DNA from: Bacilli bacterium
Lineage (GTDB): Bacteria > Bacillota_I > Bacilli_A > RF39 > UBA660
DNA: 50,801 nucleotides
Direction: 5' to 3'
NCBI GenBank assembly: GCA_051872535.1
Contig: JBJEDY010000036.1
Location: 1-50,801 of the forward strand
In this document: positions 36,570-46,756 of the stretch, one piece after another
Numbering within the stretch: position 1 is the stretch's first letter
Layout: the number at the start of each line of letters is the position of its first letter
Position numbers and translations under genes: made by a program
Notes under the pieces: model-generated
What the model saw: only the letters and a program-made list of their open reading frames with translations
Told to the model about the DNA's origin: nothing
The model's database searches: none

Positions 36570-38483
36570 CTAAGCATCCAAATTCTGTACATATACAGCA
36601 TTTTCTTCAATAAATTGTCTTCTAGGTTCAACTTCATCACCCATTAATTTAGAGAATACTTCATCTGCAGTTCTTGTATCTTCAACTGTAATTCTTCTAA
36701 GAATACGTTTTTCAATATCCATTGTTGTTTCATTTAATTCTTCAGCATCCATTTCTCCTAAACCTTTCATACGCAGAATATCTCTCTTAGTTTCAGGTTT
36801 AAGAGTTGCTAAATATTCATCTCTTTCTTTTTCATCAAGAACATATTTAATAGTTTGTCCATGTTTTATACAATATAAAGGCGGTTGTGCAGCATAAACA
36901 TGACCTGCCTCCACAATTGGTCTAAAAAATCTATAAAACAACGTAAGTAATAAAACACGAATATGAGCACCATCAACATCAGCATCTGTCATAATAATTA
37001 TTTTATTATATCTTAATTTTGATAAATCAAATTCATCACCAATTCCTGTACCAAATGCAGTAATTATAGATCTAATCTCTTCATTATTTAATGCTCTATC
37101 TAATCTTGCTTTTTCAACATTCAAAATTTTACCTCTTAATGGAAGAATTGCTTGTGTCATACTATTACGTCCTTTAATAGCTGAACCACCAGCAGAATCT
37201 CCTTCGACAAGAAATATTTCACATTCAGAAGGATCTTTGCTCTTACAATCTGATAACTTACCATAGAAATTAGTTACATCTAAATCTCCTTTACGACGTG
37301 TAAGTTCTCTTGCTTTCTTTGCAGCAAGTCTTGCACGTGATGCAGTCATTGATTTTTCTAAAATAGTTCTTGCAATTTCAGGATTTTCTAATAAAAATCT
37401 TTCAAGACCATTACTAAAAACATCATCTGCTATTTTTCTAACTTCTGCATTACCTAATTTTGTTTTAGTTTGACCTTCAAATTGTGGATCTGGATGTTTA
37501 CAAGAAATAATCATTGTTAAACCTTCACGAACATCTTCTCCGGTAAGTGGATCATCATTTTCTTTTAAGATTTTATTATTTTTAGCATAAGCATTAATAA
37601 TTCTCGTTAAAGATCTCTTAACACCATCTTCGTGAGTTCCACCTTCATAAGTACTAATATTATTAGTAAAAGAATAAATACTTGAGTTATAGTCTTCATT
37701 ATATTGAAAAGCTACTTCTATAGATATATTATTTTCATTTCCTTCAACATAAACAACATTATCATGAAGAACTTTTTTGTTTTTATTTAATTTATTAACA
37801 AATTCAATAATTCCACCATTATAGATATATTCATTTCTTTTTTCATCTTCTCTTAAATCTTTTAAAATAATACGTAATCCTTTATTTAAAAATGCTAATT
37901 CTTCTAATCTTGTAGCTAAAGTATCATAATTATATATAGTTGTTTCTTTAAATATTTCTGGATCTGGTTTAAATGTTACAGTAGTTCCAGTACGATCTTT
38001 AGAACACTCATCGATTACTTTAAGTGGCTCAACTGAATGACCACCATTTTCAAATCTTTGATAATATACTTTACCATCTTTATAGATTCTTACTTCTAAC
38101 CAAGAAGATAAAGCATTAACTACAGATGCTCCAACACCATGTAACCCTCCTGAAACTTTATATCCACTACCACCAAATTTACCACCAGCATGTAATACTG
38201 TAAAAATAGTCTCGACAGTACTTAAACCTGTCTTAGTATTAATTCCAGTTGGAATACCACGACCATCATCTTTAACTGTAATAACATTGTTTTTTTCAAT
38301 AATAACTTCAATATCATCACAGTATCCAGCTAATGCCTCATCTACAGCATTATCAACAATTTCCCATACTAAATGATGTAATCCCCTTTCACTAGTAGTA
38401 CCGATATACATACCTGGTCTTTTTCTTACTGCTTCTAATCCTTCTAATACTTGAATATCACTATCATTATACTCATGTTGCAT
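36570..38483 (-). CDS. gyrB: DNA gyrase subunit B
   Basis: [40 protein letters not shown] and [12 protein letters not shown] are present. Confidence 0.97.
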   Translation of the reverse strand: MQHEYNDSDIQVLEGLEAVRKRPGMYIGTTSERGLHHLVWEIVDNAVDEALAGYCDDIEVIIEKNNVITVKDDGRGIPTGINTKTGLSTVETIFTVLHAGGKFGGSGYKVSGGLHGVGASVVNALSSWLEVRIYKDGKVYYQRFENGGHSVEPLKVIDECSKDRTGTTVTFKPDPEIFKETTIYNYDTLATRLEELAFLNKGLRIILKDLREDEKRNEYIYNGGIIEFVNKLNKNKKVLHDNVVYVEGNENNISIEVAFQYNEDYNSSIYSFTNNISTYEGGTHEDGVKRSLTRIINAYAKNNKILKENDDPLTGEDVREGLTMIISCKHPDPQFEGQTKTKLGNAEVRKIADDVFSNGLERFLLENPEIARTILEKSMTASRARLAAKKARELTRRKGDLDVTNFYGKLSDCKSKDPSECEIFLVEGDSAGGSAIKGRNSMTQAILPLRGKILNVEKARLDRALNNEEIRSIITAFGTGIGDEFDLSKLRYNKIIIMTDADVDGAHIRVLLLTLFYRFFRPIVEAGHVYAAQPPLYCIKHGQTIKYVLDEKERDEYLATLKPETKRDILRMKGLGEMDAEELNETTMDIEKRILRRITVEDTRTADEVFSKLMGDEVEPRRQFIEENAVYVQNLDA

Positions 38484-38484
38484 T

Positions 38485-39576
38485 TTATAAAACCTCCATT
38501 ATACATCCATTTTCTATATGGATTAATTTACTTTTTTCTAATATTTTTTTATCAACTATTGATATATCTGTTGTTGTGATAAAAGTTTGAATATCATTAT
38601 CTAATAAACTCAATAAATTATTAATTTTTGTATTATCTAATTCACTAAATAAATCATCTAATATAAGAATTGGACAATCTTTCTTATGTTGTTTAAATAT
38701 TTCTATTTCTGCTAACTTATACGAAATAATAGCATTTTTTTGTTGTCCTTCAGATCCATAATCTTTTAAACTTTTTTCATTTTTTAAAAATACTATATCA
38801 TCATGATGTATACCAATTTGTGTTTTTCCTAAAATAATATCTCTTTGTCTATTTTTTTTATATAATTCTTTTATTTGCTTTTCATCTAAAGAACTATAAT
38901 TAGAAATATAATTAATTTTAAGACCATCTTCATTGGTAATTTTTTTATAAATTTCTTCAATAAAACTATTAAGTTCATTTATAAATTTTGTACGATAATT
39001 ACAAATAACCATACCAATTTTTATAAGTTTATCTGTTAAAATATCTAAATAATCACCATCAGTATTTGCATTAATATTCATTGTCTTTAAATACATATTT
39101 CTCTGTTTTAAAGTTTTATTATAAGTATTTAATAACTTTAAATAATTAATATTCAATTCTGAAATATCGATATTAAGATTTTTTCTTCGAACACTAGGTG
39201 TATCTTTTATAATCCTTAAATCATCAGGATTAAATAAAATTACGTTAATTTTCGAAATATACTCACTTAATTTCACTACTTTATTATTATTTATTTTAAC
39301 TTTTTTTCCTTCTGAAGAAATTACTATTTGATAATTAGTATCTACTAATTGTTTAACTGTTCCTTCAATTTTTGTCCATTCACAGTTGTTCATAATTAGC
39401 ACTTTATCAACAGTTCCTCTAAATGACTTTGTTAAAGCTAAAACATAAATAGCTTCAATTAAATTAGTTTTTCCCATACCATTATTTCCATAAATTAAAT
39501 TATAACTTGGGGAAAATGTTATATTCATTCTCTCATAATTTCTGAAATTTACTAAATTTAATTGTCGTATTTGCAT
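38485..39576 (-). CDS. recF: DNA replication and repair protein RecF
   Basis: Walker A is [14 protein letters not shown]. The signature GSEGQQK and LILDD are present, and the gene lies between dnaN/comK and gyrB. Confidence 0.93.
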   Translation of the reverse strand: MQIRQLNLVNFRNYERMNITFSPSYNLIYGNNGMGKTNLIEAIYVLALTKSFRGTVDKVLIMNNCEWTKIEGTVKQLVDTNYQIVISSEGKKVKINNNKVVKLSEYISKINVILFNPDDLRIIKDTPSVRRKNLNIDISELNINYLKLLNTYNKTLKQRNMYLKTMNINANTDGDYLDILTDKLIKIGMVICNYRTKFINELNSFIEEIYKKITNEDGLKINYISNYSSLDEKQIKELYKKNRQRDIILGKTQIGIHHDDIVFLKNEKSLKDYGSEGQQKNAIISYKLAEIEIFKQHKKDCPILILDDLFSELDNTKINNLLSLLDNDIQTFITTTDISIVDKKILEKSKLIHIENGCIMEVL

Positions 39577-39687
39577 TTTTGCCCTCTCTTAAGTCCATAT
39601 AGTAAAATTATGGGTATATGAATACTCCTATACCTAAGTATAATTATATCACAAAATAACCAGTTATTCACAATTTTTTTACATTAT

Positions 39688-39723
39688 TTTATAAAAAATC
39701 ATCAATTTATTTTTTTGATGATT
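39688..39723 (-). terminator. comK terminator
   Basis: The stem AATCATCAA / TTGATGATT is followed on the minus strand by TTTTTATAAA. Confidence 0.6.
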
Positions 39724-39737
39724 CTTTTCTTTTATAT

Positions 39738-40217
39738 TTAATCTTCTTTATCATATGTATTATGTTTTTTTATTTCATTTTTTCGATTTCTAAACATAGA
39801 TTCTAATTTTGTTGCTCTAAGAACTTGATTATCAAAAGAACCAAAAGATACTTTTAATAGTAAATTTTTATTATTTTTAAAATTAACTACAGAATAAATA
39901 TCTTCTTTTTTATAACTATCGATATGATTTAAAGCTATCCAAGCACAATCTTTTAAACGAGGTGATGAAATAGGAAAAAAGATTATACTTTTACTTTCTT
40001 CAACAATTATTGGTACTTTATGTGTAATACCAGTTAAATTTGTTGTACCTTTTTTTCTTCCTTCATAAGAACTACCAAAATATTCGCAGCTATCTTCGAT
40101 AATTTTATTTGCTTCTTTGTTAATAAGAAAACTATTATCTACTTCATAAACTTGTGTAATTTCTTCACTTATTGGTAATAGAGCTATTGTTTCTTCATTT
40201 ATTTCATAATTGTCCAT
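39738..40217 (-). CDS. comK: ComK-family competence transcription factor
   Basis: YEINEETIALLP, SCEYFGSSYEGRKKGT, ITHKVPIIV....IFFPISSPR...C.WI parallels B. subtilis ComK (SCRFFGSSYAGRKAGT, ISHKPPIMV, FLFPTLS). Confidence 0.7.
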   Translation of the reverse strand: MDNYEINEETIALLPISEEITQVYEVDNSFLINKEANKIIEDSCEYFGSSYEGRKKGTTNLTGITHKVPIIVEESKSIIFFPISSPRLKDCAWIALNHIDSYKKEDIYSVVNFKNNKNLLLKVSFGSFDNQVLRATKLESMFRNRKNEIKKHNTYDKED

Positions 40218-40326
40218 CTAAATCCCCCTTTCTTGCACCTCCTTATACCAAAAGAAAATGTCGATATTTATCATTATTTGTCAAATGAATTATAAATTTT
40301 ATATTTTTGTCAAAAAAAAAGACATT

Positions 40327-41445
40327 TTAGTATGTCTTTATTGGTAAAATTAATTGAATTAATGATTCATCTTTAACAGATTTAATAACAATTGGTTTAA
40401 CTTCCCCATTTAATAAGATTAAAATATCTTCATCTTTAATAGTTTTTAATGCATCTAACATATACTTAGCACTAAATGATATATCAATATTAGCATCAGC
40501 ACTAGTTTCTATTGTAAGTTTTTCTTCAACTTTACCAATTTCTGACGCATAAGAATTAATAATCATACTATTATTTTTAATTTTCATCTTAACAATATTT
40601 TTATCTTTTCCTTGAGTTAATAAAGCTGCACGATCAATTGCTGATGAATATTCAGATAATTTTGAATTTACAATAATTTCAAACTCAGTTGGTATTAAAT
40701 TAGAAGTATTTGGATAAGTACCATTTAATAAATTTGTTTGGAAAATAATATTTTTATATTTAAATAATACTTTATTTGTAAATATATGCATTTCAATATT
40801 ACCGTCTTCACTTAATATTTTATCAAGTTCAATAATATTCTTACCAGGTATAACAATATTAACATCATTATCTACAGGTGTTTCCAATTTAATATTCTTC
40901 TTTGCTAATCGATATGAATCAGTTGCAATACATTCTAATACATCACCAACAATCTTAAAATTAATTCCAGTTAGCAATGGTCTTAATTCTTGAGTAGATA
41001 TTGCAAATGATGTTTGATTAATAATTGTCTTAAATAAACTACTTTCTAATACTAAAGGATTTTTACTTTCCTCTAATTTCATACTTGGATAATCTTTTGA
41101 ATCTAAACAATTTAGATCATACTGACTTGTTTCAGTAAAAATCTTTATTTTCAATCCATCCATTAATTCAAAATTAATTATATTACTAGGTAGTTTTCTT
41201 ATAATATCTAATATATACTTGCTTTGGATAATTATTGATCCAGTCTGTTCAACACTTTCTATTTTTTCTTTTTCTATAAATGTTCTTATAGATAATTCTG
41301 AATCACTTGCTGTTAAATATAAACCCTCTTCAGTTAATTCAAACTTAATACCATTTAATATAGGAATAATATTTTTATTTGAAATAGCTTTGGATACATT
41401 TGATAAGTTTTCTAATATTAAATTTTTATCGATTGAAAATTTCAT
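40327..41445 (-). CDS. dnaN: DNA polymerase III beta sliding clamp
   Basis: MKFSI.K..L......V..A.S.K..IPIL.GI is present, the protein has the three-domain length of 372 aa, and it lies downstream of dnaA. Confidence 0.95.
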   Translation of the reverse strand: MKFSIDKNLILENLSNVSKAISNKNIIPILNGIKFELTEEGLYLTASDSELSIRTFIEKEKIESVEQTGSIIIQSKYILDIIRKLPSNIINFELMDGLKIKIFTETSQYDLNCLDSKDYPSMKLEESKNPLVLESSLFKTIINQTSFAISTQELRPLLTGINFKIVGDVLECIATDSYRLAKKNIKLETPVDNDVNIVIPGKNIIELDKILSEDGNIEMHIFTNKVLFKYKNIIFQTNLLNGTYPNTSNLIPTEFEIIVNSKLSEYSSAIDRAALLTQGKDKNIVKMKIKNNSMIINSYASEIGKVEEKLTIETSADANIDISFSAKYMLDALKTIKDEDILILLNGEVKPIVIKSVKDESLIQLILPIKTY

Positions 41446-41584
41446 TTTTCATTCCTTCTTTCTTTTTATTTTAATTTTAATAATAATTATTATAGAGTTA
41501 ATAATGTTGATAACTATAAAATTATCCATATATTAAAGAAAATATCATGTTTATAATTATACATTTATCAACAATTAATTAACA
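41446..41584. other. oriC, dnaA-dnaN part (DnaA boxes plus an AT-rich unwinding region)
   Basis: The boxes are TGTTGATAA (41505..41513), TTATCCATA (41522..41530) and TTATCAACA (41565..41573). An almost pure A/T stretch spans 41461..41500. Confidence 0.65.
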
Positions 41585-42955
41585 TTATAATTTTGATTTT
41601 ATCTCATTTAAAACTTCTTTTAAGTTAGCATCGGTTTTTAAATCACTTTCTATTTTATCACAAGCATGAATTACAGTTGAATGATCTCTTCCCCCAAACT
41701 CTAAGCCAATTTGTGGAAAAGATTCATCTGTTAACATTCTGCATAAATACATTGCAACTTGTCTTGGATAAGCGATATTTGCACTTCTTTTTTTACCTTT
41801 TAATACATCTACAGTAATTTTATAGTAATCTGCAACAGCTCTTTGAATATTAGATATGTCATTTAATATATAAGGATTCTTAGTTATATAATCATTTAAA
41901 GCTTCATTAACAAACTCTAATGTAATTTTTTCTGGTACAATCATTGCAGTATAAGCAACTAATCTATTAATAGCACCTTCTAAACTTCTAACATCAGTAT
42001 CACAATTATTTGCAATATACTCAATTGCTTCATCTGTCATTTTATTAGCCAAATTCAAATATTTTATTTTATCTTTAAGAATTCTACATCTTAAATCAAA
42101 ATCAGGTGGGAAGATATCAACAGGAAGTCCCCAAGTAAATCGGCTACGAAGTCTTTCTTCTAATTTTTTTAAATCTTCTGGTGATCTGTCGGAACTAATA
42201 ATAATTTGTTTTCCTTTCATATGTAAATCATTAAAAGTATTAAAGAATTCTTGTTGAGTTTTTTCCGCCCCAACTAAAGATTGAATATCATCTATTATTA
42301 ATACGTCAATATTTCTATACTTATTCTTAAAATAATTAGAATTATCAAAAGTACTTTTTCCATCTGTAGAATTAGAGATACTAATGAAATCATCTCTAAA
42401 ATCATCACTAGTTGTATACAAAACTTTTAAATTAGAATTTTGACTAATAAAGTTTCCGATTGCATGCATTAAATGTGTTTTCCCAAGTCCACTTTTACCA
42501 TATATAAATAAAGGATTATAAGTTTTACCTGGATTTTCTGCAACTGCAAGAGCAGCCGTTTTAGCAAATCTATTTGTATCGCCAACTACGAAATTGTCAA
42601 AATTAAGAGATGGAATAAGATTTGATTCATGAATTTCATTGTTAATAACTACATTATCAACAACATCTTCTTTTATATCTTCAATAATATCTTTATGAAT
42701 TTCATCTTCAGTTACAAATTCTATATCATAATTTCTACCAGTTAAAAACTGAAATGTTTCTTCAATTAATTCGTAATAAATATTTCCTAAAGTTGACTTA
42801 TGTATAAACATAGGAACGAGGATTATTATCTTATTATCGACAATTTTATGAATACTAATCGTTTTAAACCATGTATTAAAAGATACTGGATTAATTTTCT
42901 CTTTTACTATTTCGAGAAATTTTTCCCAAATATCTTTGGTATTCAAAATCCTCAC
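41585..42955 (-). CDS. dnaA: Chromosomal replication initiator DnaA
   Basis: Walker A is GKSGLGKTHL. IDDIQ, a sensor region and the C-terminal DNA-binding GGRDHSTVIHA are present. The start is GTG at 42955 or TTG at 42946. Confidence 0.97.
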   Translation of the reverse strand: MRILNTKDIWEKFLEIVKEKINPVSFNTWFKTISIHKIVDNKIIILVPMFIHKSTLGNIYYELIEETFQFLTGRNYDIEFVTEDEIHKDIIEDIKEDVVDNVVINNEIHESNLIPSLNFDNFVVGDTNRFAKTAALAVAENPGKTYNPLFIYGKSGLGKTHLMHAIGNFISQNSNLKVLYTTSDDFRDDFISISNSTDGKSTFDNSNYFKNKYRNIDVLIIDDIQSLVGAEKTQQEFFNTFNDLHMKGKQIIISSDRSPEDLKKLEERLRSRFTWGLPVDIFPPDFDLRCRILKDKIKYLNLANKMTDEAIEYIANNCDTDVRSLEGAINRLVAYTAMIVPEKITLEFVNEALNDYITKNPYILNDISNIQRAVADYYKITVDVLKGKKRSANIAYPRQVAMYLCRMLTDESFPQIGLEFGGRDHSTVIHACDKIESDLKTDANLKEVLNEIKSKL

Positions 42956-43240
42956 CCCACAATCATACCAATAACCATATTAATTTTATCTCATCTGTTT
43001 AAATTTTGAAAGTCAATTATTTCAATTTGTAGATAATAAACAACTTATCAACAATATTAAACACAAGATAATTGCTATAATACATTAAAAAAAAAAACTT
43101 ATCAACATTATCCACAAATTTTTTTAATAACATGTTAACAATTGTGTATAAAGTTATCAACATATCCACTATTATTATGTTTATAACTTTATTTCTTGAC
43201 TTTTTCTTTGTTTTATTATTATAATAAGGGAGCAATTTAG
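42956..43240. other. oriC, rpmH-dnaA part (DnaA-box cluster and dnaA promoter region)
   Basis: A perfect TTATCCACA lies at 43108..43116, directly abutting TTATCAACA at 43099..43107. Further one-mismatch boxes lie at 43045..43053, 43154..43162 and 43143..43151 (reverse), and a weaker site lies at 43162..43170. Gene orientation switches here. Confidence 0.8.
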
Positions 43241-43257
43241 ATGCGGAGGTGTAATAT

Positions 43258-43380
43258 ATGAAAAGAACTTATCAACCAAATAATAGAAAAAAAGCAAAGA
43301 AACATGGTTTTTTTGCTAGAAAAGAATCTAAAATTTTAAAGTCTAGAAGAAAAAAAGGACGTAAAGTATTATGTAAGTAA
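43258..43380 (+). CDS. rpmH: 50S ribosomal protein L34 (40 aa)
   Basis: This gene is not in the ORF track. A GGAGGTG RBS precedes ATG, and the product is [40 protein letters not shown]. The position is conserved upstream of rnpA. Confidence 0.9.
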   Translation: MKRTYQPNNRKKAKKHGFFARKESKILKSRRKKGRKVLCK

Positions 43381-43401
43381 ACCACAATTTTGTGGTTTTT
43401 T
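43380..43401 (+). terminator. rpmH attenuator/terminator hairpin
   Basis: AACCACAA / TTGTGGTT is followed by TTTTCTC. Confidence 0.5.
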
Positions 43402-43421
43402 CTCTTAAAAGGATGATGAGA

Positions 43422-43748
43422 ATGAAAAAATGTGAAGTAGTTAAAGATAGTAGAATTTTTAATGATATTATTAAAAACGGATCTAATAAAAAAAATCATG
43501 AATTTATTTTATGTTATCAACCTAAAGAAAAAGAAACTCCTAATTTTGGTATAGCAGTTGGTACGAAAATAGGAAAAGCTTTTCAAAGAAATAAATATAA
43601 AAGACAAATAAGATCAATTATTGATCATAATAAAAAAATATTTCCAAAACATAATGATTATATTATAATAATGAAGAAGGCTTGTTCTTTATTAAATTAT
43701 TCAGAAATGGAGAATAGCTTAAAAAGCCTTATAGAAAAGGTGAAATAA
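43422..43748 (+). CDS. rnpA: Ribonuclease P protein component
   Basis: This small basic protein carries FGIAVGTKIGKAFQRNKYKRQIR (RNR-like motif) and lies between rpmH and yidC. Confidence 0.88.
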   Translation: MKKCEVVKDSRIFNDIIKNGSNKKNHEFILCYQPKEKETPNFGIAVGTKIGKAFQRNKYKRQIRSIIDHNKKIFPKHNDYIIIMKKACSLLNYSEMENSLKSLIEKVK

Positions 43749-44698
43749 TGAAAAAAATTAAAATATTAATACTATGTATGTTTCTATTATGTAGTACTGG
43801 TTGTACAGAATATATGAAAGATGGTAAAGAAAATGTTCAATATAAAGAAACAGGTCAAAATTTAACAGCTAACATATTATGTAAGCCAAAAGAAAATGAA
43901 GATGAAGATAGTTTATATCAACTTTATTTAGAACATGATGATTTATTGAAAACAAAAATAGAAGATTTAGAAGATTGTGAAGATTTTACTCCAAACTCTT
44001 TAAAATATGAAGGTCTATGGGATTCATTCTTAATTAAACCACTTGCTTGGGTAATTTTAAAGGTTGGATATTTAGTAAAAAATATGGGTATAGCAGTAAT
44101 GTTAGTCGGATTAGCAATCAGATTAATTTTACTTCCTATATCTTATAAGAGTTCTCTACAATCTGAAAATATGAAAAAAGCTCAACCAGAAATAAATAAG
44201 ATTGAAAAAAAATATAAAAATAAAACAGATAATGAATCATTAATGGCTAAAAGTCAAGAAACAATGTTAGTTTATAAGAAATACAATATCAATCCAGTTT
44301 CTGGATGCTTACTTGCTTTTATTCAATTACCATTATTTTTAGGTTTCTTAGAAGCAATTAATAGAGTACCTGCAATATTTGAAGGAAGTATTCTAGGTAT
44401 GAACTTAGGAATGACTCCATTAGTAGGATTCTCTCATCATAATTATATTTATATAGCATTAATTGCATTAATTATTTTAAGTACATATTTCTCATTTAAG
44501 ATTTCAATGAGTGCCAATGCATCAACTGGTGGAGAAGCAGAAAAACAAATGCAATTTATGTTTAAGTTTATGATTATTATGATTTCTGTTGCATCATTAA
44601 CATTACCGACAGCAATTGCTTTATATTGGATAGTTACTAACGGATTTGCAGTAATTCAAACTTTAATAATAAGAAAACTAAACGAAAAGAGGAAGTAA
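43748..44698 (+). CDS. yidC: Membrane protein insertase YidC/SpoIIIJ (lipoprotein type)
   Basis: A lipobox (LLCSTGC) is present. The 60-kDa insertase core contains LP...YKS..S...M...QPE...I..KYK and PLFLGF. Confidence 0.92.
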   Translation: MKKIKILILCMFLLCSTGCTEYMKDGKENVQYKETGQNLTANILCKPKENEDEDSLYQLYLEHDDLLKTKIEDLEDCEDFTPNSLKYEGLWDSFLIKPLAWVILKVGYLVKNMGIAVMLVGLAIRLILLPISYKSSLQSENMKKAQPEINKIEKKYKNKTDNESLMAKSQETMLVYKKYNINPVSGCLLAFIQLPLFLGFLEAINRVPAIFEGSILGMNLGMTPLVGFSHHNYIYIALIALIILSTYFSFKISMSANASTGGEAEKQMQFMFKFMIIMISVASLTLPTAIALYWIVTNGFAVIQTLIIRKLNEKRK

Positions 44699-44699
44699 T

Positions 44700-45308
44700 A
44701 TGGAAGTAAGAACTTACGAAGGAAAGAATAAAGAGGAAGTACTAAAAAATATTTTTGAAGAACTAAATTGTAGTGAAAAAGATATTCTCTATAAAGTCGA
44801 AGAAAAAAAAGGTGGATTATTTAAGTCTTCATCTGTAAAAATAAAAGTAATGACTCAAGAAGATATAGCAAATTATTTAAAAGAATATCTAAACGAATTA
44901 TTAAAAAATATGAATATTGAATGTTCTTTTGAATCAAAAATAAGAGATGAACAAATAACTATCAAAATGTTTTCGAATAAGAATTCAATTTTAATAGGAA
45001 AAAATGGTCAAACTCTAAAAGCATTACAAACTATCCTACGTCAAGTAATATATAAAGAATTAGATGTTTATCCATATATCATTTTAGATGTTGAAGATTA
45101 TAAAGAAAAAAAAGATAAGAATTTAGAAAGACTAGCTCATCGTATAGCCAAAGAAGTTCGTCAAACAGGTGTTGAAGTTGCTATGGAAAATATGAACTCA
45201 TATGAAAGAAGAATAGTTCATAATGCATTATCTAAATATGAAGATATATCTACAAATAGTGAAGGAGAAGAACCTAATCGTCATATTATTGTAAAACTAA
45301 AAAAATAG
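44700..45308 (+). CDS. jag: Jag/KhpB RNA-binding protein (Jag_N, KH, R3H)
   Basis: The KH segment is LIGKNGQTL.ALQ and the R3H segment is YERRIVHNAL. The gene is downstream of yidC. Confidence 0.9.
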   Translation: MEVRTYEGKNKEEVLKNIFEELNCSEKDILYKVEEKKGGLFKSSSVKIKVMTQEDIANYLKEYLNELLKNMNIECSFESKIRDEQITIKMFSNKNSILIGKNGQTLKALQTILRQVIYKELDVYPYIILDVEDYKEKKDKNLERLAHRIAKEVRQTGVEVAMENMNSYERRIVHNALSKYEDISTNSEGEEPNRHIIVKLKK

Positions 45309-45330
45309 TTTCTATTAAGAAACTTTTTTT
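45307..45330 (+). terminator. jag terminator
   Basis: AGTTTCT-ATTA-AGAAACT is followed by T7. Confidence 0.7.
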
Positions 45331-45353
45331 ATTAACTAAAAACAATAAATGTA

Positions 45354-45362
45354 TGCTATAAT
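45354..45362 (+). promoter_or_regulatory. Extended -10 promoter element for mnmE
   Basis: TGCTATAAT (TGnTATAAT) lies about 20 nt upstream of the ATG at 45382. It overlaps the first codons of the longer track ORF, which argues for the downstream start. Confidence 0.45.
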
Positions 45363-45381
45363 ACCGGCGGGAAGTGATTAT

Positions 45382-46743
45382 ATGGATGATACAATTTGTG
45401 CTATTGCAACATCATCTGGAGTAGGTGCAATATCTATAATTAGAGTAAGTGGGGAAGAATCTATTAATATAGTAAACAAAATATTTAAGGGTAAAGATTT
45501 AAAAAAAGTAGCAACGCACACAATTAATTATGGACATATTGTTGAAAAAGATAATATTATAGATGAAGTATTAGTATCTGTTATGAAAGCTCCTAAGACT
45601 TTTACAACTGAAGATGTTGTTGAAATTAATTGTCATGGCGGAATAGCTACTACTAAAAAAGTATTAGAACTTCTTCTAACAAATGGATGCCGTCTAGCTG
45701 AAAGAGGAGAATTTACTAAAAGAGCATATTTAAATGGAAGAATAGATTCTAATCAAGCTGAAGCAGTAATGGATTTAATAGATTCAAAAACTGAGATTCA
45801 AAGAAAGTTAGCTATAAATAGTTTAGAAGGAAAAGTATCTGAATTAATTAATAATCTTCGTAATGAAATGATTCAGATAATAGCCAATATTAATGTAAAT
45901 ATGGATTATCCTGAATATGATGATGTTGAAGAAATTACAAATGAAATAATGTTACCAAAAATCAAATCACTTAGAGAAAAAATAGAAAAAATTTTAAAAG
46001 AGAGTAATAATGGTTGTATTATTAAAAATGGAATTAATACTGCTATTATAGGTAAACCGAATGTTGGAAAAAGTAGCTTACTTAATGCTTTAATAAATGA
46101 AGAAAAAGCCATAGTAACTGATATTGCTGGAACAACTAGAGATATAGTTGAAGGTTCAATCAATATAAATGGTATACCATTAAATATTATAGATACTGCT
46201 GGTATTAGAGAAACAGAAGATGTTATTGAGAGCATTGGCGTAAAAAAAAGTCTTTCTATTATGGAAAATGCTGATTTAGTATTATTTATTTTAAATAATA
46301 ATGAAGAAATAGATGATGAAATAATTAAATTATATTCTAAAGTTCAAGATAAAAAAAATATCATTATTGTTAATAAACTAGATTTAGAAACAAAAATAGA
46401 TTATTCCAAATTACCTGTTGATAAAAAACAAGTTGTTAACATGAGTATTAAAAATAAAATAGGAATTGAAGAATTAAAACAAAAAATAATTGACTTATAT
46501 GATTTAGAAGGTCTTGAAAATAATTCTTTAATATTTTTGACTAATGCAAGAAATATCGGTATTTTAAAGACTTGTCTTGAAAAAGTTAACGATGTTGAAG
46601 AATCAATAAATAATAATATTCCTATTGATATGATTGAAATAGATATTAAAGCAATATGGGAAGAATTAGGAAGAATTAATGGAACTACATATGAAGAAGA
46701 ACTATTAGATGAAATGTTTAAAAGATTCTGTCTAGGAAAATAA
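45382..46743 (+). CDS. mnmE: tRNA modification GTPase MnmE
   Basis: DTICAIAT..G.GAI.IIRVSG is present. The G1 motif is GKPNVGKSSLLN, DTAGIR is present, and the C-terminus is FCLGK. Confidence 0.95.
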   Translation: MDDTICAIATSSGVGAISIIRVSGEESINIVNKIFKGKDLKKVATHTINYGHIVEKDNIIDEVLVSVMKAPKTFTTEDVVEINCHGGIATTKKVLELLLTNGCRLAERGEFTKRAYLNGRIDSNQAEAVMDLIDSKTEIQRKLAINSLEGKVSELINNLRNEMIQIIANINVNMDYPEYDDVEEITNEIMLPKIKSLREKIEKILKESNNGCIIKNGINTAIIGKPNVGKSSLLNALINEEKAIVTDIAGTTRDIVEGSININGIPLNIIDTAGIRETEDVIESIGVKKSLSIMENADLVLFILNNNEEIDDEIIKLYSKVQDKKNIIIVNKLDLETKIDYSKLPVDKKQVVNMSIKNKIGIEELKQKIIDLYDLEGLENNSLIFLTNARNIGILKTCLEKVNDVEESINNNIPIDMIEIDIKAIWEELGRINGTTYEEELLDEMFKRFCLGK

Positions 46744-46756
46744 AAAATATAATTAA

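Noticed and set aside
43017-43499. Two minus-strand ORFs (72 aa and 75 aa) between dnaA and rnpA
   Set aside because: They overlap the DnaA-box cluster and run antisense to rpmH. Their translations are low-complexity and hydrophobic, and they have no RBS.
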